64,000 bases of DNA from Octopus sinensis (lineage: Eukaryota). Positions within the stretch are counted from its first letter, which is position 1; each line of letters opens with the position of its first letter. This document shows positions 23,661-36,290 of the stretch, piece by piece. The position numbers and the translations under genes are program-made. The DNA lies in contig NC_043014.1 in assembly GCF_006345805.1 (NCBI RefSeq), positions 15,686,001 to 15,750,000 on the forward strand, written 5' to 3'. Below the pieces are notes generated by a model that was not told the origin of the DNA, ran no database searches, and was given only the letters and a program-made list of their open reading frames with translations.

Positions 23661-24344
23661 CATGGTTGAAATGTTCGTTTCACAACCATGTCATTTGGGT
23701 TCAATCTTATTGTACAGCAACTTGAATTAAGTATCTTCCGCCATAATCCTGGACTGACAAATGTTTTATGAGAGAATTTGGTAGGCAGAGACTGAATGCA
23801 AGTCCACTGTATAAAAGTGTATGTATGTGTATGCGTTCCATGCTGGTGTATGTGTGTGTGTATGTGTGTGTGAGTGTGCATGCATGTGTGCATACATGTG
23901 TGTGTATGCATATAGATGAATATATATGGATACACGGCTTTGTAGCTAAATAAATACATGGTTGTCTTTACATACAGGCATGTTCTCTGCATGCCATTTC
24001 AGCTGAGTGTTCCTAATCTTGTGGGCTTGTGGGAGCTGGTACCATGTAAAAAGCACCCATGCAGGTTCCTGGTTAAAGCACCCATGCTGATTCTAGGTAA
24101 AAGCACCCATGCTGGTGCCACGTAAACACAACCAGGCAGGTGCTGTGTAAAAGCACCCAGTACACTCTGTAAAGTAGTGGGCATTAGGAAGGGTATCCGG
24201 CTGTAGAAACCATGTCAAAACAGACATGAAGCCCGGGCAACTCTTCAGCTGCTCAGCTCCTGTCAACCCATCCAACCCATGCCAGCATAGAAAAGAGACA
24301 TTATATAATGGTGAGATGAAGATGATGCTATATGAGACATAAGT

Positions 24345-24945
24345 ATAATGTGTCCCACAGCAGATGTGGTGTTGTGCCATGGTGGTTTCAATGCTGGGCA
24401 GTCTGGCCCAGAGCAGAACCTCTTCATTGGTAACATAGTCCTTCCATTGAATCCTCATGATTGCAAGAAGTTTGTGTTGTTGGAAAGATTTGATTGTCTC
24501 CAAGTTACATTGATGCAAAATGCACATCTCACAGCCATAGAAGAGTGTGGAAAGAACAATAGCTTGGAATCAGCTCCTTTTTGCAGAGTTGGCTCCAGGC
24601 ACTAGACCACACAGAGCCCCTAAATTCTGTTTCTGAGATCAGCTCAAGGTCACTCACCTCTGCTGCTCCACCGGTTTAAATACCTGGGAGACAATCGCCA
24701 AAGATCATCCAAAGTAGAAGAATGCATTACCAAGGGAACAGACCAGATGGAAAATAACAGAAGTCAAGAGGTAGGGGTCAGACATCGAAGAAGCAAAGAG
24801 TGACTTGCACTTCCTTGTCCCTTGCCAAACACTCCCCTGCAATAAATGCCTCCAACTCTTCTATACAGCCCTTGGACTGAACAGCCACCTCAGGCACTAG
24901 CATCCTTTACACCCATCAGGATGGAATTGCTCAACCGCTCACTAC
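24345..24945. mobile_element. RTE LINE 3' fragment with an inverted 5' part (24345-24583 minus; 24584-24945 plus)
   Basis: Minus strand: AIVLSTLFYGCE...IQWKDYVTNEEVL...GHI. Plus strand: NQLLFAELAPGTRP...F*DQLK...NTWETIAKDHPK. Confidence 0.75.
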
Positions 24946-24959
24946 AGATTATCTACTCA

Positions 24960-25017
24960 AATATGAGTTAATACCAATGCCTATATATATACATATATAT
25001 ATACATGTGTGTGTGTA

Positions 25018-25062
<45 letters not shown>

Positions 25063-25272
25063 CCATACTACACATACATATATGTGTGTATGTGTATGTA
25101 TATATATATACATATATATATATATACTCACACACACACACATATATGTGTGTATGTGTATGTATATATATATATACATATATATATCTGTATATACACA
25201 CACATATATGTATGAGTAGTATGTGTGTATATATGTGTGTGAGTGTGAGTATATATGTATAAAATATGTATG
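24960..25272. repeat. Compound (TA)/(CA)/(TG) microsatellite
   Basis: Direct reading. Confidence 0.95.
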
Positions 25273-25984
25273 CATAATGAGGGTTGAAACAAGTCACTAT
25301 CAACAAAATAATTAATTAAATCAGTTATTCGTTAGTGAATGTTTCAGAGTCAGTTGTCATCATAGCCATCATGATGGCAGAAATATGATTGGTTCTTCTA
25401 AATATCTAGATTTGGTTTTAACTCACTCCACTCCATCACCACTGCCACCAATCTCATCAAACAACAACTCTCTTTCCATTTTATGGTATCAATGGCAGAA
25501 ATCCTGGGATATTTATGATGTTTTCCATAATTCTGTGTTGCTTTTGCATTGTATTGTATTGTATTGTATTGTCAGAATAGCACAAACTTACTGACCGTAT
25601 CTCCGTTGCTGGTGCCACCAGACACAAGCCAACAGCTACCGCTGGCTTAACTCCAAACCAATATAGTCTGTACGCCTGGATGCTTGTACTAATATTCCTT
25701 GTTGCCAAAGTGTCTCGGCAGTTGGCAGAAGGTGTGGGTGGGTGGGTGGTGTGGTGAAAGAACATTAAAAAAAGGGTAGCAAACATATAAAGAGAATCTC
25801 AAAAGTTTGGGACATACACCTGTAATTTAATGATATTCTATTGTTAGAGGTTATTTTATCCATAAAACTCCTAGTCAGTTCCTCTTGTTTCATAGGGATC
25901 AGTCATCCCTTTTTTTTCCAGATCAATCAGGATTTTTTCCTTCGTTATTACACTCTTACATAATAGAGTTTTTTATTGTTTTAT

Positions 25985-26345
25985 CTTTTACTTGTTTCTG
26001 TTGTTGGACTGTGTCCATGCTGGGGCACTACCTTGAAAGGTTTTAGTTGGACAAATTGTTTTTTAAGATGAGTCCTTATTCAATCAGTTTCATTTGCCAA
26101 ACTGCTAAGTTATGGGCTATGCGCACAAACAACACCAATTGACAAGCAATAGTGGGAGAGGGAAAACACAGACATAAAGATATTCACACACAACTGGCTT
26201 CCACACAGTTTCCATCTACCAAATTTACTTACAAGGCAAATCAGGGCATGAGTAAAAGACACTTGCCCAAAGTTATGCACAATTGGACTGAACCCAGAAC
26301 CATGTGATTGCAAAGCAAGTCTACTTAGCCACACAGCCATGGCTG
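25985..26345 (-). mobile_element. SINE family A (older copy)
   Basis: Homology to the family A consensus. Confidence 0.75.
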
Positions 26346-26361
26346 TGCCTACAAAAATATA

Positions 26362-26754
26362 CAAGATCTGATCAAAAAGTGTCAGAACTGTTGCTATGGT
26401 AATGGAACTAAAGTACACAGAGTGAAGCCTTTTGGCACTGATTGACCTTGATGTCTGTTGAGTGCAAGCTATGTGTTGGTCACAGAAAGACCACGGTAAC
26501 AAAACAGGAACTCTGTATGAAAATTCAAAGAATAGATACATGTACACACAGAAACGAAAACATACACTTCAATGATCTAAGTACAGGGATTTTATTAGAT
26601 GATATGGAAAATAGTAAATTATTTCACTAGGGTGTACTTTTGGACCTGTATTCCGTGAATGTCTAAGTCACAGCATTCTCACTCACTTCCATTCTTTATA
26701 AGTGTGTCGAGTGTGGTTGTCTTACCACACCACAGAAGTTCCATCAGTGATCAT

Positions 26755-26790
<36 letters not shown>

Positions 26791-27045
26791 GTGAGTGCAT
26801 GCATGGAAAGAGACATGGCTTGAAGGTTATTATTTCAAAGAATATTTCCAAAAATCAAATCCCACTTGAAAGGAACAAGATTTCAAGACATCAAGGAAAT
26901 CCAAGAGAAAATGTGACAAGGCAGCTGCTCACTATCCCAAAAAAGGAGCTCCAGCAATACTTTAAGGCAGATTAAATACTGAATTGGTATGTGTTGTAGT
27001 TTTCTTTTTATAGCACCAGTCTTAATACTTTTTGATCAGATGTCA
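26362..27045 (+). mobile_element. Internally deleted mariner element
   Basis: TA flanks. TIRs contain ATCTGATCAAAAAGT at both ends. Transposase C-terminus LKGTRFQDIKEIQENVTRQLLTIPK. Confidence 0.8.
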
Positions 27046-27476
27046 TACTTAAAAAATAACTGATTAAATAAATACACTTTTAAAATGTGCCTCACTTGAA
27101 TCAATAGTGGGAGACAAATCTGTATTTATATTCAACACCAGGTGTCAGGTAAACAAGCAAAGCTGAGAAAGGAATCGACAAGATTTCTCTACCAAAGGTT
27201 CTATTCTCTTCTCTATAAGACTCCATATCCAGCTCTCATCTGTGAATCCATAAACTGTTGGCATGTGGTTGTTGGTCTACTCATTGGACAACAGCATTGG
27301 CAGGCCAGCTGGATAAGGATAAGAAGTAGCTAACAAGTCTTGAAATTCTCAATTGTATTCCTGAAGAGTTTGTAAAGCTATTCTGGCAATACAATACAAT
27401 GTAATGTAGACATGTAAAGATTGAATTTTCAGTAGACTGAGTGATAGAAACTCAACCATCAATGATCACGCTTTAA

Positions 27477-27638
27477 CAAGCAGAAAGCTGATATACAGCA
27501 ACATCACTCTGGAACATGTATCTCAGAGTGTGGTGAAGCATGTGGCAAGATATTTAATATTTGCTTGATCTACATGTCTCCCCATATTATGAGGTACATG
27601 TTCCACAGTAATGATGCCAGATACGACCTTTCTGCTTG
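27477..27638. mobile_element. TTAA-flanked foldback MITE (possibly piggyBac-type)
   Basis: 54-bp arms (27472-27525 vs 27590-27643) match at 44 of 54 positions. TTAA at both ends. Confidence 0.6.
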
Positions 27639-28289
27639 TTAAAACAAAACCATTTATTGTTGGGTTTCTTCCACACAGTTTGCTGAAAATCTAGTTTATG
27701 TTTAATTTGACAAGGCCTTAATGAATATATCTATCTTTTTACAAAATGGTAGACCCAGAAAATGATTAACTTAGTAAAGAATATGTTCTTTGTCCTTTGT
27801 TGTTGAAGGTGAGCAAGACTTAAGATAAGCTTCTTTCATTCCAATCATCCTATAGAATCTCTGTTCTATACATTCACTCACCTCAGCTATTCCTTGCCAC
27901 TGGATCAAAATGTCTGGGATATATGATAGAGGCTGATCATTTGGTGCAGCTCTCACTCACTGTAATCTAAATTGTGTACAAATTAAATCCCTGTAAAAGT
28001 CCTGTAGCTATGAAGATGCAGGGCACCAGTTGGTAATGATACACCCAAGCTTAGCTCAAGTCTTCATTCAGGCAGCTCAAGATCCAAGTCAGTCTTGAGT
28101 CTAGTTCATCTTCAACAACAAAGTGCAAACAGTTTAATCCTCTTTTAGGTCCATCACTCACTATGACACAACTATTACAAGAGAAGTGAGTCTCAGTGTA
28201 GTCAACAAACATGCTAAAGGTAGTAGCTAAACGTTCTTTAAATTACTTTGTCACACAATATCACAGTATTGACCAGAACATCAAATGCT

Positions 28290-28540
28290 GTTATACACTA
28301 CTGATCACAATGTGCTTCCAATTCTGTCTTGATTGTACTATTCTTTTCCATCATGACTCAAATTGCTTAACTAAATTGTCTTCCCATCATCGAGGAGACC
28401 TTCCAAGTGGCCTTTTCCAATCTCTTGAATTGACGATCACTTGATGACTGTATGAAGCCACCTGTTGTCTGTGAACCTTGCAACATATCTGCCAACGAAG
28501 AAGCCTCTGAGTAGTCAACAACAAAAAAAGCCAAAGACAG
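28290..28540 (-). mobile_element. Ancient RTE C-terminal fragment
   Basis: ARFTDNRWLHTVIK*...RDWKRPLGRSPR*WEDNLVKQF...QSRQNWK. Confidence 0.7.
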
Positions 28541-28690
28541 CAAGTAAATATTCCTTAAATTACATCCTACCATTTTTTAAAAGGAGAAGGGACATATCTG
28601 TTAAGGGTTTATCAAGCTACACATAAAACTAGATTTCCAGTAAACTGTGTGGAAGAAACCTAACCATCAATGGCCATATTTCCACAAGCA

Positions 28691-29816
28691 GAAAGGTGGT
28701 ATCCAGCATCATCACTATGAGATATATACCTCAAAGTATGGTGAGACATAAAGATCAAGAAAATATTAAATAGGCAAGTGGTTCTCAGTTCAATATCCAG
28801 TGGTTCTCAGCCATTTTTTTGTGCCTATGGGACCCTTTGGTTCCTATTTTACACTACAGGACCTCCATAGCAATTCAATAAATATAAAAAATCTCACTGT
28901 ATTTTTATAGTTAAATATTATTAGGGATTGTATAAAAAAAATTAATATATTTTGAGTATTCATCATCATCATCATCATCATCATTTAATATCCGTTTTCC
29001 ATGTTTGGCATGGGTTTGTCAGTCTAACTGGAAATGGTAAGCCAGAGAGTTGCACCAGGTTCCAGTCTGTTTTGGCTTGGTTTCTATGGTTGGATACCCT
29101 TCCTATACTTTTATTGTAGAAATATAACAAATTTATTGCATATAAATTCTAACAACAAAATTTTATATAGACACCCCTCCCCCAAGGGCCATAAGGAACC
29201 CCCAGTTAAAAACCATGGCTTTAGGCATTAATATCAGTGGGTTTCTAAGCAGTGCCTTCATGAGAGAGTTAAGGAAGCTACATAGCTGTTTCTTCTTTTT
29301 CTACCCATAAACATTGTATCCTTATCATAATTATCATCATTTAATGTCCACTTTCTATGCTGAAATGAGTTGGATGGTTTGACTGGATCCAGTGAGTCAT
29401 AGAGCTGCATCTATCTCCAATATTAGCTTTGGCATGGTTTCAACAGCTGGATGCCTTTCCTAATGCCAGCCACTTTACAATATACTGGGTGAGGGTTTTT
29501 TTTTTGTGCCACTATTACTATGTGTAAAGACAAAATTTTTACATTCATCATCATAATACAAAGTTGGCTAAAAATCTATAGACATCTTCTATAGTACACT
29601 ATAGCAATGAAATGAAACATTGTAAATAAATACCCCAGTAATTTAAAATTAAATAATGTATGTGTAGTAAGTAGCTTGCTTACCAACCACATGGTTCCAG
29701 GTTCAGTCCCACTGCGTAGCACCTTGGGCAAGTGTCTTCTACTATAGCCTCAGGCCGACCGATGCCTTGTGAGTGGATGTGGTAGACAGAAACTGAAAGA
29801 AGCCCATCGTATATAC

Positions 29817-29874
<58 letters not shown>

Positions 29875-31885
29875 GTATATGTTTGTGTGTCTTTGTCCCC
29901 CAACATCGCTTGACAACTGATGGTGGTGTGTTTATGTCCCCATAACTTAGTGGTTCAGCAAACAGACCGATAGAATAAGTACTAGGCTTCCAAAAAATAA
30001 GTCCTGGGGGTTGATTTGCTCGACTAAAGGCGGTGCTCCAGCATGGCCGCATTCAAATGACTGAAACAAGTAAAAGGGTAAAAGAGTAAAAAATAATGTA
30101 GTCCTAGATATGCAATGTCTGAGAGAAGGATCGGGGGTGGGAATTGAAAGGGAGGCAGGTCATGGCTGGAGTGACATTGGTCAGAGATGAGCTGGAGCTA
30201 AGTAACAACAGCAACAAAATCAATACCTACAGACTTACCCCCACCCCCTTTTTCTGCCATAATATCTCTATGGCTACAGTTAATTTTACACAGAAAATAA
30301 ACTGAAAGGTGGTATCCAGCATCATCACTATGAGATATATACCTCAAAGTATGGTGAGACATAAAGATCAAGAAAATATTAAATAGGCAAGTGGTTCTCA
30401 GTTCAATATCCAGTGGTTCTCAGCCATTTTTTTGTGCCTATGGGACCCTTGGTTCCTATTTTACACTACAGGACCTCCATAGCAATTCAATAAATATAAA
30501 AAATCTCACTGTATTTTTATAGTTAAATATTATTAGGGATTGTATAAAAAAAATTAATATATTTTGAGTATTCATCATCATCATCATCATCATCATTTAA
30601 TATCCGTTTTCCATGTTTGGCATGGGTTTGTCAGTCTAACTGGAAATGGTAAGCCAGAGAGTTGCACCAGGTTCCAGTCTGTTTTGGCTTGGTTTCTATG
30701 GTTGGATACCCTTCCTATACTTTTATTGTAGAAATATAACAAATTTATTGCATATAAATTCTAACAACAAAATTTTATATAGACACCCCTCCCCCAAGGG
30801 CCATAAGGAACCCCCAGTTAAAAACCATGGCTTTAGGCATTAATATCAGTGGGTTTCTAAGCAGTGCCTTCATGAGAGAGTTAAGGAAGCTACATAGCTG
30901 TTTCTTCTTTTTCTACCCATAAACATTGTATCCTTATCATAATTATCATCATTTAATGTCCACTTTCTATGCTGAAATGAGTTGGATGGTTTGACTGGAT
31001 CCAGTGAGTCATAGAGCTGCATCTATCTCCAATATTAGCTTTGGCATGGTTTCAACAGCTGGATGCCTTTCCTAATGCCAGCCACTTTACAATATATACT
31101 GGGTGAGGGTTTTTTTTGTGCCACTATTACTATGTGTAAAGACAAAATTTTTACATTCATCATCATAATACAAAGTTGGCTAAAAATCTATAGACATCTT
31201 CTATAGTACACTATAGCAATGAAATGAAACATTGTAAATAAATACCCCAGTAATTTAAAATTAAATAATGTATGTGTGGTAAGTAGCTTGCTTACCAGCC
31301 ACATGGTTCCAGGTTCAGTCCCACTGCGTAGCACCTTGGGCAAGTGTCTTCTACTATAGCCTCAGGCCGACCGATGCCTTGTGAGTGGATGTGGTAGACA
31401 GAAACTGAAAGAAGCCCATCGTATATACGTATATATATATATATGTATGTATGTGTATATGTTTGTGTGTCTTTGTCCCCCAACATCGCTTGACAACTGA
31501 TGGTGGTGTGTTTATGTCCCCGTAACTTAGTGGTTCAGCAAACAGACCGATAGAATAAGTACTAGGCTTCCAAAAAATAAGTCCTGGGGGTTGATTTGCT
31601 CGACTAAAGGCGGTGCTCCAGCATGGCCGCATTCAAATGACTGAAACAAGTAAAAGGGTAAAAGAGTAAAAAATAATGTAGTCCTAGATATGCAATGTCT
31701 GAGAGAAGGATCGGGGGTGGGAATTGAAAGGGAGGCAGGTCATGGCTGGAGTGACTTTGGTCAGAGATGAGCTGGAGCTAAGTAACAACAGCAACAAAAT
31801 CAATACCTACAGACTTACCCCCACCCCCTTTTTCTGCCATAATATCTCTATGGCTACAGTTAATTTTACACAGAAAATAAACTGA
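28691..31885. repeat. Near-identical tandem duplication (28691-30303 and 30304-31885)
   Basis: About 1.6 kb unit with a GA microhomology at the junction. Four substitutions plus homopolymer and microsatellite length differences counted. Each unit contains a hAT MITE, two family-C elements and one SINE A. Confidence 0.95.
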
Positions 31886-32494
31886 TAATAATGATGACGA
31901 CGACGATGTTAATGATGATGATGATGATGATGATGATGACAATATCAATGATGATAGTGTCTAAGATTGATACAAGGTATTAACAAGAAAAGCATTCTAT
32001 TTTGTTAGAAATATTTATTCCAAAAGAAATCTGTCGTGAGTTAGTTTTCATACATCTCTTTTTTAAAATCTTTTCCAAATCAATTATTTTTGTTTTTAAT
32101 TCTAAATATTTCCCCCATATTGCTAACATAATTATTGTTTCTAACTTCAGACTTTCGTCTTGGAGGAATTTCTCTACTTCAGAATGCAGACTGTTCCAGC
32201 ACATGTCATATATAGTGAAAAATGCCAACCAAAATAGTAATAACATCTGTGGGAACTGACTGTCTCCTGTAACCTGGAGCATCATGTTGGAATCTAAATG
32301 CAATTTTGTTTGTAGTTGCTATTTTCACCAAGATGACTTTTGTAAAAGTAAAGATCAAAGTTACATTGCTATTTTGAGTTGGTTATTTGCAACTCTAAAT
32401 TCTTGAAACTTTCAAAGGAAAAAAAAAGACTTCTAGATACAAGCATTACCCATCTCTCTCATTCAAGGCCTCAGGCTAAATAAAACACCAGTAC

Positions 32495-33115
32495 ACGCAA
32501 GTGTGGCTGTGTGGTAAGAAGCTTGAAGGCAGCGAGCAGGCAGAATCGTAAACACGCCAGGCGAGATGCTTAGCAGTATTTCGTCTGCCATTACGTTCTG
32601 AGTTCAAATTCTGCCAAGGTCGGCTTTGCCTTTCATCCTTTCAGGGGCGATAAATTAAGTACCAGTTATGCACTGGGATCAATGTAATCGACTTAATCCC
32701 TTTGTATGTCCTTGTTTGTCCCCTCTATGTTTAGCCCCTTGTGGGCAATAAAGAAATAAGAAGCTTGCTTCCCAACCACATGGTTCTGGGTTCAGTCCCA
32801 CTGTGTGGCACCATGGGCAAATGTTTTCTACTATAGCCTTGGGCTGACCAAACAAAGCCTTGTGAGTGGATTTGGTAGATAGAAACTGAAAGAAGCCTAT
32901 CATATATATTTATGTGTGTGTTTGTGCTTGTCCCCCACCACCTTATGACAACCGGTGTTGGTATGTTTATGTTCCCATAACTCAGCAGTTTGGGAAAAGA
33001 GCCTAATAGAATAAGTACCAGGCTTTAAAAAATTAGGTTCAACTAAAATTCTTCAAGGCAGTACTCCAGCTTGGCTGCAGTCTAATAACTGAAACAAGTA
33101 AAAAGATAACGATAA
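32495..33115 (+). mobile_element. SINE A with a nested long-tail SINE B (32526-32756)
   Basis: 11-bp TSD TAAGAAGCTTG at 32515-32525 and 32757-32767. Confidence 0.9.
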
Positions 33116-33139
33116 AATTTTTTATGAACCAACTTTATA

Positions 33140-33445
33140 AGATTTGTCATCTACTATAACCTCGGGCCAACCAAAGCCTTGTGAGTGGATTTGGCAGACG
33201 GAAACTAAAAGAAGCCTGTCGTATATATGTATGTATATATGTTTGTGTGTCTGTGTTTGTCCCCACAACATCGCTTGACAACCAATGCTGGTGTGTTTAC
33301 GTCCCCGTAACTTAGCGGTTCGGCAAAAGAGCCCGATAGAATAAGTACTAGGCTTACAAAGAATAAGTCATGGGGTCAATTTGCTCAACTAAAAGTGGTG
33401 CTCCAGCATGGCCACAGTCACATGACTGAAACAAGTAAAAGAGTA
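33140..33445 (+). mobile_element. 5'-truncated SINE A
   Basis: Body and tail homology. Confidence 0.85.
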
Positions 33446-33888
33446 TGGCTGTGTGGTTTAAAAATTCACTTTTCAACCATGTGGTTTCAGTTTCAATCCC
33501 ACTGTGTGGAACCTTAAAATTAAGATGAACATTTTAGGAAATATGACAATTTTAATGGTCAGCAAATTGGTCAAGATCATGCCTAGTTAGGCCTAAATTA
33601 ATGATTAGCCATATTTATGATATCATATCTTTCAATCTGAGGTGATAATCATCTTCAAATTACACAAATTAATAGTGACCATGCTATAGCATTTTCCTGG
33701 GTTTTTTTAAGGTTCTTCTACAATAGCTCCAAGTTGACCAGTGACTTCTGATTGATTTTGGTTGATGGAAACTGTGCAGAAGCTCATCATTGTTTTATTA
33801 TTCATTTTTCCATGTTTATATGAGTCAGATGGAATATATTGAGGCTGATTATCTATAGCTGGATATTCTTCCTGTTGCAAACCTTACT

Positions 33889-34116
33889 TATTTCTTTACT
33901 GCCCACAAGGGGGTATACACAGAGGGGACAAACAAGGACAGACCAACAGATTAAGTCGATTATATCGACCCCAGTGCCCAACTGGTACTTATTTAATCGA
34001 CCCCGAAAGGATGAAAGGCAAAGTGGACCTCAGCAGAATTTGAACTCAGAACATAGCGGTAGCCGAAATACCGCTAAGCATTTCGCCCAGTGTGCTAACG
34101 TTTCTGCCAGCTTGCC
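33889..34116 (-). mobile_element. Long-tail SINE B
   Basis: Flanked by AACC(C)TTACTT (possible TSD). Confidence 0.85.
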
Positions 34117-34499
34117 AACCCTTACTTGCTTTCAAGTAATGTAATATTTCTCCCTTGTCTGAATACATTTACCCAGATTTGGGAAAACAAATGATACCAT
34201 TTGTATGGTGGTGGAACTCACTTACAACTATCTTGTAGTGTCAAAATGAGATGCATGCACATACACATAGCTAAATATACATATATACATACACACATGC
34301 ATAAACACACACATACATGAAGGGCTGCTTTTAGTTTCCATCACTCAAATCCACTCACAAGGCTTTAGTCAATGTGGGGCTATAGTAGAAGACACTTACT
34401 CATGGTGCCATGCAGTGGAACTGAACCTGCAACTATGCACTTTGAAAACAAACTTCTTAACCACATAGCTATGCCAGTGCCAACACACACACACATATG

Positions 34500-34968
34500 C
34501 AAAGTTTAGGTTAGTTAAAATATGTTTCTCACATATTTCAACTGCTAAAAGGCAAATTCATTGCAGTTACCATTGAGAAAATTTTTTCTCTTATGGTATA
34601 AAGGTGAAAAAGCACCATATCTGTCTAGTGTTGCCAGCTATCAGGTTTCTCAAACATCAAAGTATCTAGTTCTTTAGCTGTTATCAATGGGAAATACCTA
34701 AAGGAGACAACTCTAGACAGACGTTGACAAAGCTATAGCTCTAACTAAAGTACAGTCAACAACATTGACTGATTTGTGCTAGTATATGTCAAGGTCGTGG
34801 AAATTACCATAATATTAGCGCCAAGCAGTGTTTAGGCATAAACAAAGTCTAGGTTAGTTGAAATGTGTTTCTCGCAAATTTAAACTGCTAAAAGGCAAAT
34901 TCACTGCAGTTACCATGGAGAAAAATTCTCTTTCTTGGTAAAAAAAGGTGTAAAAACAACATATTTGC
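34500..34968. repeat. Two ~126-bp direct repeats, 343 bp apart
   Basis: CAAAGT(T/C)TAGGTTAGTT...ACTGCTAAAAGGCAAATTCA...CATAT at 34500-34625 and 34843-34968. Confidence 0.85.
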
Positions 34969-35879
34969 CACCAATTTGCCTTTTAGCCGCTATTGATAAT
35001 TATTTTGATGAAATAACAGTAAACTGGCTGACTGGCTGGCTGGGACTGACAGAATTACTGGATTAATAATGATCTGGAATGTAACTTCAGACCAATGGCT
35101 ATGCTGTTTACAGGATTAACTAATTACTTAACTGATTTGATAACAATACAGAAGAACCAATAGCTGGATGAACAGGTCGATCATTGTAAAATTAAAAGGA
35201 TCATGGATTAATGGATTGATTATGGGAAAGATGAATCAATAATTGAATTCATAGATTGATAAATGAAGAGTGTTAATTGATGTCTGGTTAAATGGATTAG
35301 TGTGTAATGAACAGATGTTTGGAATGAATAACTGATCACAAAATGAATTAATGACTGAATATATTGATCAATAACCATTAATTTTTATTTTTTTAATTTT
35401 TGAGCCCAAGGATTCATAAGGTCAGACCAAGATAACAACATTCCCCTTGAATGGGGATGCTAATCTACTGAAGGGTTCAAGGCAAGCATCATTTTTGAGG
35501 GGAGAGGCAAGTTGATTACATTGAACCTAGAACTTGACTGGTATTTTATTTTATCAACTTGAAGGGATGAAAGGCAAAGATGACCTCAGTGAGATTTGAA
35601 CTCAGAGCGTAAAGAGCCAAGAGAAATGCTGCTAAGCATCTTGTTTGATGTATAACAATCCTGCCAACTCAATACCTTACCAATGGACGAATGATAAATA
35701 TTAGTGTAATAAAATAATGAGTCCTGTTTCAGCAATTTATATTAAGATTGTGTCAGTATGGTACCTGTATATCTAGGTGAAACATGAGCAAAATCAGGGC
35801 AAATAATATCCCCACCCAACCACTGACAAGAAAAAAATCAACAAACAATAGTACAAGGTTAGTGTAATTATTACACTGC

Positions 35880-36290
35880 AAAGGAAGTAAAAAGAAAAGA
35901 AATCAATGTTTTGAACATCTGTCCTTTGTCAAGACAGAAGGAAGATGAAAGAAAAAGAAAACAATGATAGGAAAAATTGTCTTTTTCCTCCTTCTTCCTT
36001 CTATATTGACAAGGTACAATGTAAATGTCTCACCTGGATACACAATTACTGCACTGACACAGATTTAACCCAGATTATCAATATACGAATATAATCCCCA
36101 TCCTCATTATCATCTTATATCCACTTCCCCATGGGCTGGACAAGGTATCAAGGTTCAAAGTCAGTTTTTATTTGGAGTTACAAATCTGCTAGATAGATCA
36201 GAAACCATGTCTCACCTGTACATTCTAATTTGGCATCGTTTCTGAAGATTGATTTCCTCCCTGTAGCACCGACAAAGAACTTTACCTTAT
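35880..36290. mobile_element. Old Penelope-like fragment: pLTR with hammerhead relic (-) next to RT-like remnant (+)
   Basis: The minus strand reads CTTGACAAAGGACAGATGTTCAAAACATTGA. The plus strand has fragmentary YID.., SHPVH and CSTDK motifs. Confidence 0.45.
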
